This document shows positions 13,768-24,020 of a stretch of 64,000 bases of DNA, piece after piece. Origin of the DNA: Azolla caroliniana (taxonomy: Eukaryota > Plantae > Polypodiophyta); assembly GCA_043228905.1 (NCBI GenBank), contig JBHGNT010000001.1, forward strand, positions 16,926,001 through 16,990,000. The letters are read 5' to 3'. Numbering within the stretch: position 1 is the first letter of the stretch; each line of letters starts with the position of its first letter. A model generated the notes under the pieces. That model was not told where the DNA came from. It did no database searches and saw only the letters and a list, made by a program, of their open reading frames with translations. Position numbers and translations under genes: made by a program.

Positions 13768-14540
13768 CCACTCTACACTGAGGGGCCGCTACTGTGCGTT
13801 CCAAGCATCATCAAAGAGCTGCTCAATCTGACGGGGTTCTCTTCTCTGTGACACTCTACACTCAGGGGCCACTACTGTGCATTCCAAGCATCATCAAAGA
13901 GCTGTTCAATCTGAGGGGGTTCTCTTCTCTGTGCCACTCTACACTCAGGGGCCATTACTGTGCGTTCCAAGCATCATCAAAGAGCTGTTCAATCTGAGGG
14001 GGTTCTCTTCTCTGTGCCACTCTACACTCAGGGGCCATTACTGTGCGTTCCAAGCATCATCAAAGAGCTATTCAATCTGAGGGGGTTCTCTTCTCTGTGC
14101 CACTCTACACTCAGGGGCCGCTGCTGTGCGTTCCAAGCATCATCAAAGAGCTGTTCAATCTGACGGGGTTCTCTTCTCTTTGCCACTCTACACTCAGGGG
14201 TTGCTACTGTGCGTTCCAAGCATAATCAAAGAGCTATTCAATCTGACGGGGTTCTCTTCTCTTTTCCACTCTCACTCAGGGGCCGCTACTGTGCGTTTCA
14301 AGCATCATTGGTAACTGTTCAATCTGACGGGGTTCTCTTCTCTATGCCACTCTATTCTCAAGTGCCTTCTATGTGCGTTTCAAGCATCATCGGTAACTGT
14401 TCAATCTGACGGGGTTCTCTCCTCCATTGCCATCATTCTATACTCAGTTGCCACTACTGTCCAGTCCCGAATTGCTTCCACATTTCGATTTGACGGAGTT
14501 CACTCATCCAACGGCAACATTCTACACTCAGTTGTTGCCA
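13768..14540 (+). repeat. 83-bp tandem repeat (~6 near-identical units plus ~3 decayed units) upstream of the transposase
   Basis: Unit is approximately CCACTCTACACTCAGGGGCCRCTACTGTGCGTTCCAAGCATCATCAAAGAGCTGTTCAATCTGASGGGGTTCTCTTCTCTGTG. ORF starts recur every 83 bp from 13794 to 14209. Confidence 0.95.
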
Positions 14541-14755
14541 TTGGTCGGTCTTGGATCGCCTCCTCAACTGTTGGATCCAACAGAGTGAAATCCTCTACTG
14601 TTCGGTCTTGGATTGCAATAACTTTTCTGTCTATTGATTATCTTGTGTATTGTTGTGTCTAATCTTGTGTATTGTGTGGAATATTTTTGTGTATTGTTGT
14701 TGCCCATAGCCATCTTTAATACTTGTTTTTTTTTCTGGAAATTTAGGGTTTTAAC

Positions 14756-17700
14756 ATGTCTAGCCAAATGGAAGGGGAAGAAGGGTGTTTAGAATTACCC
14801 CTCAATGATCATAAGGATAGGGATGATGTTATCAGGACACAACAAGCCATACGAAACTATTGGGCAGAAAAAAAAAGGAAACATCGTCAATTGTTGAAGG
14901 ATACGAAAGCCACACTCAGTAAAGGTAAGGATAGTTTAGCTGAGAATGTAAGTAATGCGACTACCATCATAGAGAGAAAGGTTGTAGACTATTTCAATGT
15001 TCAAACCAAGCACATCAGCAATGAAGAAAAGAAGGTAGTACTTTATGGAATATGTAATGATCCATCGATAAAGGACTTAGTTGATTGTGATGGTCTTAAT
15101 GCAAACATATCATCTATTTTAGTAAATAATCTTCGTAATAGTTTCGTATCCATGAGCAGGTCAGAAGATGATCTTGTCTTAAAAAGGTCTAGTCTAATGA
15201 TGTTACTTAATAGTGATGTTGACGATATAAACATCAGTGAGCTATCTAAGGTAATTGGTGTTAGTAGAAAAACAGTGTACAATACAATGAACCGTATAAT
15301 TTCCTCGGGTGAAGGAACTAGTCTACTAAAGCTAACTACAAGATGTAAGCCAATGACACCCATAACATTTGAAATCAAGGATGTAATCACAATGTTTTGG
15401 ACTAATGAGAGTAGGGTTTCACCCAATAAAAAGGATTTATGCAGGAAACGTGTTGGAAGAAATCAATACGAGGAGCATCCCATTCATCTTCTTGATGTAC
15501 CTCAGGTATTTACATTTATCTCAACATTTGTTTTGACTCTACTCGGAAAGTTAATTAGCTCAGTTAGCAGAAAAGCTAATTAGCTTATCAGTTACATTTA
15601 CCTCAGTTAGCTACTAGGATCGCTACTACATAGGTAACTAGCTACTCTCAATAGTTACTACCATGATAGCTAATTAGCTATTCTCAATAGCTAATTTAGG
15701 TACTACCAGATAATTAGCTGTACTGCTAGCTAGTTAGCTATCATGGTAGCTAGTTAGCTATTTCGTTATTACCAGCTAATTAGCTACTAGGAAAGCTAAT
15801 TAGCTACCATGATAGCTAATTAGCTACTATGATAGCTACTACATAGGTAACTGGCTACTCTCAATAGCTACTACCATGATAGCTAATTAGTTAGGATAGC
15901 TAATTAGCCACCATTATAGCTAATTAGCTACTAGACCAGCTAATTAGCTACCATGATAGCTAATTAGTTACTAGGACAGCTAATTAGCCACCGTGATAGC
16001 TAATTAGCTACCATGATAGCTAATTAGCTACTATACCAGCTAATTAGCTACCATGATAGCTAATTAGTTACTAGGAAAGCTAATCAGCCACCATTATAGC
16101 TAATTAGCTACTAGACCAGCTAATTAGCTACCACGATAGCTAATTAGCTACTAGACCAGCTAATTAGCTACCATGATAGCTAATTAGTTACTAGAAAAGC
16201 TAATTAGCCACCATGATAGCTAATTAGCTACTAGACCAGCTAATTAGCTACCATGATAGCTAATTAGTTACTAGGAAAGCTAATTAGCCACCATGATAGC
16301 TAATTAGCTACTAGAGCAGCTAATTAGCTACCATGATAGCTAATTAGCTACTAGGACAACTAATTAGCTACTAGGACAGCTAATTAGCTACCATGATAGC
16401 TAATTAGCTACTAGGACAACCAATTAGCTACTAGGACAGCTAATTAGCTACCATGATAGCTAATTAGCTACTACGACAGCTAATTAGCTACCATGATAGC
16501 TAATTAGCTACTAGAATAGCTAATTAGCTACCATGATAGCTAATTAGCTACTACGACAGCTAATTAACTACCATGATAGCTAATTAGCTACTAGGACAAC
16601 TAATTAGCTACTAGGACAGCTAATTAGCTACCATGATAGCTAATTAGCTACTAGAATAGCTAACTAGCTACTAGAATAGCTAACTAGCTACTAGAATAGC
16701 TAATTAGCTACTAGGATAGTTAGCTAGTTACGAGAATAACTAATTCCCCTTTATTACGCAGGTCGATTTATTTATTAGGTTCAAACGAATGCATCCAACT
16801 ATCAAAGTTCAACTACGAACATTCGAGTCTCTTAAGCCACACTTTGTGAGACGCTTAAAGGATCGATACACATGTTGTTGCATTTACCATGTACAGATGG
16901 GTTTTCTGAAGGACTCTGTTAATCTACTACGTCACCATAGCGCATCCCTAACTAATACAGTTTGCACATGTGGGTGCCCAATCTGTCGATCAAGCCCGCA
17001 AGAGGAGTGTAAATCATCTGAGCACGTTATCTCTTCCATGGTGTCAAAGCATTCTTTGGGAACCACATCCTGTTCTTCCTAGATGGATGATTTGCCCCGT
17101 TTGATGCCGTCGTGTGAAAGTTGTTTTCATGATTTAGGAATTCAACTGATTTTAGGTAATCCATCTTTATGTGGCACGACATGAAAGGTGCTATGAAAAA
17201 CACGTAACCGACCGAATTACGTGAAATGGATAAATCAATCTGGTTAGGGCATTCTTTAGAACTTACTTCAGGAAGAATCATCCAGGGCTGCGGTTGCGGT
17301 TTCTTCTTTCTTGTATTCATAACTTTTTTCTATTGCTTTTTCGGCGAAAAGGCAAGCAAGTTTTACCTGACTTAATTTATTAGATTCAATATTGTGTCCG
17401 AGAGAAACTGACGCTATCTTCCATATTCATAAATGTGTCATGGGTTTATGTCAAGATTGTGGCCCTACTAGATTTAGGTGGTGTCCAAATGAATTGAGTA
17501 GTGAAATATTGATCTCTGTGAAGTTATTTGAGTCAGTGAACACCAATTTCGAAGGAAAGGTGTGTAAAAGAAAGGATCTAGTTCGGAAGATGCTTAAACC
17601 AAGGGATTTGGTGTCTCTGTTTGTAGTATCTCTAGGAAAGTTCATTAAACACAACTTCTTTTATTCATGGCAGGCCCATCAGTTTAAGACTTGCATATCT

Positions 17701-18246
17701 GATTTCCCAAATGATGTAGTAGTCTCAGTAGTAGATTTCGCAGAGAATTATACTTTCAAGCAGCAGAATGAAATTCAATCTATGCATTGGTGTTCAGTTC
17801 AGGTAACCATTTTTGTGCACATAACATATTTTCGAGTTTCAGGTGATGTTAAAAAAGTAATTCATTTCTTTATTTCCGATGATAAGAAGCATGATACCTT
17901 GTTCGTCCAACACTGTTTTAAGTTACATTGGCAGTGGTTATTAGCTCAACGTTTGGAGCTTACTCAACATTGGGTCTGGTCTGACGGAGCTGCGTCACAA
18001 TTCAAGGCTCGACGTCCATTTTATTTTGTGGGGAGGTATCCTGCTATAACAGGTTTGGAGATGAGATGGAATTTTTTTGGGTCTGGCCATGGTAAAGGTG
18101 AACATGATGGTGCAGGGGCTGTTATAAAGCGGGCACTTACCCATGAACAACTAAAGACAGATGGTGTGCACATGAATTGTGCATCACATGAATTGTGCAT
18201 CACATCATTTGCCGTCCTTAATCCACAAGATTCTACAATAACATGA
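14756..18246 (+). CDS. Sola2-like DDD transposase, spliced (exons 14756-15505, 16762-~17008, ~17384-18246; ~619 aa), probably C-terminally truncated
   Basis: The GT..AG intron 15506-16761 joins DVPQ|VDLFIRFKRMHP in phase 0. A Cys-rich segment (TCCCIYH, CTCGCPIC) precedes the catalytic motifs in 17392..18246. The second junction is uncertain. Confidence 0.8.
15550..16742. repeat. Array 1 of the palindrome TAGCTAATTAGCTA with 6-bp spacers (20-bp period), filling transposase intron 1
   Basis: For example TAGCTAATTAGCTA-CCATGA-TAGCTAATTAGCTA-CTAGAC-CAGCTAATTAGCTA. Confidence 0.97.
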
Positions 18247-18254
18247 CAGTTATT

Positions 18255-19821
18255 TAGGATAGCTAATTAGCTACTTTACTAAACTATGGTAGAAGCTAGG
18301 ATAGCTAATTAGCTAGTACGATAGCTAATTAGCTAGTATGATAGCTAATTAGGTACTTTACTCAACTATGGTAGTAGTTAGGATAGCTAATTAGGTACTT
18401 TACTCAACTATGGTAGTAGTTAGGATAGCTAATTAGCTACTAGGACAGCTAATTAGCTGCCAGTAGCTAATTAGCTACTAGGATAGCTAATTAGCTGCCA
18501 GTAGCTAATTAGCTACTAGGATAGCTTATTAGCTACTTTACACAACTATGGCAGTAGCTACTAGGATAGCTAATTAGCTACTAGGATAGCTAATTCGCTA
18601 GTAGGATAGCTAATTAGTTGCCAGCAGCTAATTAGCTAGTAGGATAGCTAATTACCTACTAGGATAGCTAATTAGCTAGTAGGATAGCTTATTAGCTACT
18701 TTACACAACTATAGTAGTAGCTAGGATAGCTAATTAGCTACTTTACTCAACTATGGTAGTAGCTAGGATAGCTAATTAGCTACTTTACTAACTATGGTAG
18801 TAGCTAGGATAGCTAATTAGCTACTTTACTAACTACGGTGGTAGCTAATTACCTACTAGGATAGCTAATTAGCTAGTAGGATAGCTTATTAGCTACTTTA
18901 CACAACTATAGTAGTAGCTAGGATAGCTAATTAGCTACTATGGTAGCTAATTAGCTACTTTACTCAACTATGGTAGTAGCTAGGATAGCTAATTAGCTAC
19001 TTTACTAACTATGGTGGTAGCTAGGATAGCTAATTAGCTACAATGAAAGCTAATTAGCTACTTTCTCAACTATGCAGTAGCTAGGATAGCTTATTAGCTA
19101 CTAGGACAACTAATTAGCTGCCAGTAGCTAATTAGCTACTAGGATAGCTAATTAGCTGCCAGTAGCTAATTAGCTACTAGGATAGCTTATTAGCTACTTT
19201 ACACAACTATGTCAGTAGCTAATTAGCTACTATGATAGCTAATTAGCTAGTAGGATAGCTAATTAGTTGCCAGTAGCTAATTAGCTAGTAGGATAGCTAA
19301 TTAGCTTTTTTACACAACTATGGTACTAGCTAATTAGCTAGTACCATAGCTAACTAGCTACTAGGGTAGCTTATTAGCTACTTTACACAACTATGTCAGT
19401 AGCTAATTAGCTACTATGATAGCTAATTAGCTAGTAGGAAAGCTAATTAGCTAGTAGGATAGCTAATTAGTTGCCAGTAGCTAATTAGCTAGTAGGATAG
19501 CTAATTAGCTTTTTTACACAACTATGGTACTAGCTAATTAGCTAGTACCATAGCTAACTAGCTACTAGGATAGCTTATTAGCTACTTTACACAACTATGG
19601 CAGTAGCTAATTAGTTACTAGGATAGCTAATTAGTTGCCAGTGGCTAATTAGCTAGTAGGATAGCTATTTAGCTTTTTTACACAACTATGGTACTAGCTA
19701 ATTAGCTAGTACCATAGCTAATTAGCTACTAGGATAGCTAATTAGCTAGTAGCTCATTAGCTGCCAGTAGCTAATTAGCTAGTAGGATAGCTAATTAGAA
19801 AAGACTAAGCTTATTAGCTAC
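18255..19821. repeat. Array 2 of the palindrome TAGCTAATTAGCTA, between the two convergent genes
   Basis: Same core, with spacers CTAGGA, GTAGGA, GCCAG and the longer CTTTACACAACTATGGTAG. Confidence 0.97.
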
Positions 19822-21757
19822 AATATGGTATACCTGTTTGTTTTCTCCACTCATTTGGTAGAGTTGTACTGCAATCTCCCAAACAGAATGCAGCAATTCG
19901 ATAGGCATGTTGAAAACAAAGCAGATGGTATGTGTGGTTGCATGGTTGTAGGTGAACCAACAAAGACGCAGTTTTGTCCTCCACACCTAACCCGCAAGCG
20001 ATGCAACGTGCTTGAACTGTCAATAAATCATTTTCTGGTTCTACTTCATTTGGTAAGGGAGCAAGAATGTTCAGGTCCAAATCCTGTCTGGTCCTTACCA
20101 TTCCCTCCACAAAATGTAGCTTCTTCTTAAGGCAGCTAACTACCTGTTCTTGATGAATGTATTGTTCCTTCAACGCAACAGAGAAATTTACCGATTAATT
20201 ATTCTTGTTGTTGAAAGAATAATTAATCGGTAAATTACACCAACTTTGCTCAGGAATCGTTAACTTACTTGAAGCTTATCCAAATTGTAATCTGCAACAG
20301 TATTTACACCTAGAAGGTCCAGGTTCATTGAAAGAACCTGGATCTCTATTTGCAGTTCTATTTTACGCTGGGGATCCAGTGGCCCCTCTAATTCAAGCTC
20401 CTGTTGCGCAACCTATTCCAGATAATGCTTGATTAGCACATTTTACCCGTTATTTATAACACAATCACATACCAGCAAAACAATAGTTACCTGAATCTTA
20501 TTTCTAATTGTTGTAACAACAGAAGTAACTTTGCTCTCCATTGCAGAAGCCATTGTGGCTTTCTCTAAATCAGTCTTAAAAAATGCCAATGTCTCACAGG
20601 CTTCATGGACATTTTTTAGCATATAGCTAACCAATGTCTCACCTGTATCATCGACATTGGATTTCCTTGGGTGTCGGTGTGGTGTATGCCCCCGGTCTTG
20701 CTGGGAGTCGGCAGTTGCATCAACAACTGCCATGCTCCAAAATCTGTCTATGTTTTGTGCCAAGGTCCCCATCTTTCGGCATCTTTTTACCGATGCCTCA
20801 CCATAGACTGCCCAAGCTACCCTATACATTTCAGGGTCTCTAGATTCCTTCGCTGTTTTGCAGTACTCATATGCAAATGCTCTAGCAAATGAAACTGACA
20901 ACTCATTGTTGACTGGGATCTCCTGATGAACTTTCTGGTGCAGTCTCATGCAGTCATCGTACAAGTCGGCTCGTACATGCTTCAGCTTGACCTTGCCTTT
21001 GACTCTAGGCACTGTATATACTGTCATCCAGTCTATATCACTGATCAATTTATCACTTAGGACAGCAAGGTCAACACCCTCGACTGACAGACCATAGGTG
21101 TTGTGGAAGTCCTCCTTTGTCTCGCAAAATTTTGCGAAGTTTAGCACTCTCGTATACGGAGGAACGAGCCATCTGAAATATCATTTCAGAAATCAGAAAT
21201 AGTGCAAAATCAGAATATGTGAGAATCAAAAACCCCAATCAACAACAACAAAAATGGTGCAAAATCTTTAACTTAGCAAATCAGAAACCCTAATCATAAT
21301 TTGTATTCAGAAATTTGAAATCAGAAACCCTAATCAAAATCTGTAATCAGAAGTTTGAAATCAGAAACCCTAATCAAAATCTGTAATCAGAAGTTTGTAA
21401 CCAGAAACCTTATTCAGAAATTCTAATCAGAAATTTATAATCAAAAACCCTAATCAGAAATTTCAATCAGAAACCCTAATAAAAAATTTCAATCACAAAC
21501 CCTAATCAGAAATCCTAAGCAGAAATTTATAAACAAAAACCCTATTCAGAAATTCTAATTTGTAATCAAAATTTGTAACCAGAAACCCTATTCAGAAATT
21601 CTAATCAGAAATTTATAATCAAAAACCCTAATCAGAAATTTCAATCACAAACCCTAATCAGAAATTTCAATCACAAACCCTAATCACTAAAGACAGGATT
21701 AAACACAAAAAAAGTAATATAAACACACCTGTTGCTACTCCCCGATTTGCGAGACAT
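19814..21757 (-). CDS. Transposon-borne 5-exon gene, predicted 373 aa, with C-terminal RING-H2-like zinc finger (exons 21757-21729, 21172-20491, 20400-20367, 20291-20269, 20167-19814)
   Basis: All four introns are GT..AG (556, 90, 75 and 101 nt) with compatible phases 2/0/1/0, and the joined CDS has no internal stop. It reads MSRKSGSSNRWLVPPYTRVLNF...IRNKIQ|ELELEGPLDPQH|YNLDKLQ|EQYIHQ... and ends in C-x2-C-x17-C-x-H-x2-H-x2-C-x10-C-x3-C. Confidence 0.75.
21190..21690 (+). repeat. Degenerate TCAGAAA / AAACCCTAAT minisatellite in intron 1 of the RING gene
   Basis: About a dozen AAACCCTA copies interleaved with TCAGAAATTT. Confidence 0.85.
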
Positions 21758-22211
21758 CCTTGTATGGGACTCCAAGGACTTCGCCCTATTCGATTTTAGG
21801 GAAATATGAATCGGCACCAAAGTTCAGACAGTAGTCAAAAAGAAAAAACAAATGTTTGGGGTTTCTGTAACTGAAACATACCTGGACAATGATCGAGCGG
21901 GTTCTGTGTTGTAGCTCTCAATCTGCAATGTCGATTTTTTGCTGTTGCGGGAGCTACGTCTGCGTTCGTGCTCTGAGTACTCCATCTGCGTTCAAAATCA
22001 GACTTAGGCTAAACAGGAAATTGATGACATTGAAGTCGACCTTAGATGATGGTGATATTCCCTAAGTTCCACTACGTCTGAAACAGAAGTTCAAATATTT
22101 GAGTTTTTTCATAAATTAGTTTTTCAAATATTTGATTTTCCCACAAGAAAGACTAGCTAAACAAATAGCTAATTAGCTATGGCCATTTTAGTAGCTAATT
22201 AGCTATAATAG

Positions 22212-22236
22212 TGTTTCCACTCGCATGCTTTTACCC
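22212..22236 (-). repeat. Right TIR
   Basis: TGTTTCCACTCGCATGCTTTTACCC. Confidence 0.95.
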
Positions 22237-22844
22237 ATAGCACACATGCAAGAGCCCTCTTTGCATGTGTGACATATGGCCCACATGCAAAACCATCCCC
22301 TTCCTATAAAAGGAGAAGGGAGTGTAATCACAAGGATATCAAGGAATCAATCAATCATATTGAATAGAATTATTGTATGGAATCGAGAAAAATTATATTG
22401 TAAGAGTTATCATAATAGAGAAAGAGGGAGAGAAGGTAAAAGCTATATACAATCTTCAAAAAACAAGACAAGAACTAGCTTGGTGGTGGCGATGCTTAAG
22501 TTGCAACGAAAAGGCGGAGGTTTGAGTCTTATCCTCATCAAAAGATAGAAGGGAAGATTGTGGTCTACTATCAAGAAAGAGAAGAGCGACTACCTTGTGA
22601 GACAAAGTTTGATGGTTCAACGACGCTCACAACCATTTTGTAACTCTTTCATGAAATAATTATAAATTTCTTACATTCCCTCAATTATCATTTTACATCC
22701 TATCTTGTCATATCTTGTTGATCTCTATTTATCTATTTCCACTCTTTCGTCTCTTCTGTCCAAAATCCCAGCGATTCCTTCCTCACTTTCACGTTGTCTT
22801 TTATCTACGCGACACGATGCTTCTAGGCGAGCCACGCCACGACA

Positions 22845-24020
22845 CCGGATTGCCGAAGTTCAGTGACCGGAAAGGTCAAGTATGTGAAACTTGCCAGTTG
22901 AGGAAGCAGCATAGGCTTCCATTCCCAAATGAGAAGAATTAGAGCCGGAATCGGCTTGATCTCATCCATCCGAATGTGTGGGGACCAACTCGAAACGTGA
23001 GCATTGGCGGGAGATGATAATTCTTCTCCTTCATCGATGATTTCAATCGGTACACCTGAAAATACTTAATCGAGAAGAAGAGTGAAGTCTTCTTGTGCTT
23101 CCGGGACTTAAAGAATCATGTAGAATGAGAAACCGGAAGGAAGATCAAGAGTCTGAGATCAGATGGTGGAAAAGAGTACTTTTCCGGACAGTTCACGAGT
23201 TATCTACAAACGAAGGGAATCCGATGAGAATTCTCCTGGAGATACATGCCGGAGCACAATGTCGTGGTCGAACAACGGAATGGGACGCTCGTAGAAGTGG
23301 CAAGGGTGATGCTACAAGAAAATGCATGCCCCAGATTTATTGGGCTGAAGCAATTTGGACTGTTGTTTACGTACAAAATCAGACATCTGCCTTAGGGACA
23401 AAGGTGTCGCCGCACGAACTGTATTTCGAGCGGAAGCCAAATTTGGCACACCTTCGGGTATTCGAGAACATTTACTATGTGCATGTGCCAGATGAGAAGT
23501 GGAGGAAACTTGATGCAAAATCTGAGAAGTGTATCCTAGTTGGCTACTCTCACGAGCAAAAGGGATACAAGCGCTATAACCCCCGTTCAAAGCAAGTCCG
23601 AGTTAGCCGTGATGTCGTTTTTGATGAATCCGCATTTTGGTACTTCTCACCACCGGAACCCGAGCTGATTGTTGTGGATGAAACAACTAACTCCGGAACA
23701 AAACGCAACATAGCGGAATTTGAACCGGATAGTTTGACTTCTCTCTGGATCCGTCGAATCCAGACTGGTTGAGCCAAAATGGTCCACCAGATGACAAGCA
23801 GTCGAGTAGTGAACACTCGGTCGTGCTCTCTCCTCACAAGGAACCGAGGAGACAGTTGATGCGTAAAGAGAAAGGGAAGAAGAAGCTGCCGGAGTATGGC
23901 CCAGATAGGGAAGAGTCGGATCGGAGTGAGTCCGACTCCGGAAAGAACAAAGACGATCTTTAGAAGAGAAGTTCAAGTCGGTCAAGAGGGCCACGAAATC
24001 AACGAACTAGAAATTGCGTC
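22845..24020 (+). pseudogene. Ty1/copia element C: GAG-pre-integrase and integrase remnants (host of element B)
   Basis: CETCQLRKQHRLPF, WAEAI..VYVQN, KLDAKSEKCILVGYS..KGYKRYNP, VSRDVVFDE. Confidence 0.88.

Larger units (their letters stand above)
13414..22236 (+). mobile_element. Sola2-like DNA transposon, 8823 bp
   Basis: 25-bp TIRs (GGGTGAAAGCATGCGAGTGGAAACA, 24/25 identical). 4-bp TSD ATAG at 13410-13413 and 22237-22240, with the empty site visible in the 5' LTR of B (GCATATAGCACAC). Transposase motifs are VDFAENY, QSMHW, SDG..QFK and HGKGEHDG. GRG termini with a 4-bp TSD fit Sola2 as I recall it; the superfamily name needs an HMM check. Confidence 0.88.
6547..22844 (+). mobile_element. 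Ty3/gypsy LTR retrotransposon B (non-chromovirus, possibly Phygy/Selgy-like), degenerate; 3' LTR interrupted by the DNA transposon
   Basis: 6547-7260 matches 13301-13413 plus 22241-22844. Gag has a CMWCDSLEHRLRDC knuckle, followed by PR (DHGSEINIM), RT (FLDDIPIKG), RH (VDTSPIG..VETDC) and INT remnants. The lineage name is an inference. Confidence 0.9.
12912..22844 (+). repeat. 3' LTR of element B (~1.1 kb without the 13414-22236 insertion), preceded by PPT GAGGGGGTGGA
   Basis: TGTTGTG...CACGACA termini. The halves rejoin across the ATAG duplication to match the 5' LTR. Confidence 0.9.

Noticed and set aside
13794-14409. Family of 60-67 aa ORFs
   Set aside because: These are by-products of the 83-bp repeat, with shifting frames and GTG starts.
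15550-19821. CRISPR-like array (palindromic repeat plus spacer)
   Set aside because: Spacers are mostly 3-6 bp and recurrent, there are no cas genes, and the context is a eukaryotic intron and intergenic region.
21190-21690. Interstitial telomere
   Set aside because: AAACCCT units are never directly tandem; they sit within longer repeat units inside an intron.
13411-22238. Tc1/mariner-type TA target duplication
   Set aside because: A TA TSD leaves mismatched terminal bases. ATAG gives matching GGGT...ACCC ends and fits the empty site, and the transposase motifs are not mariner-like.
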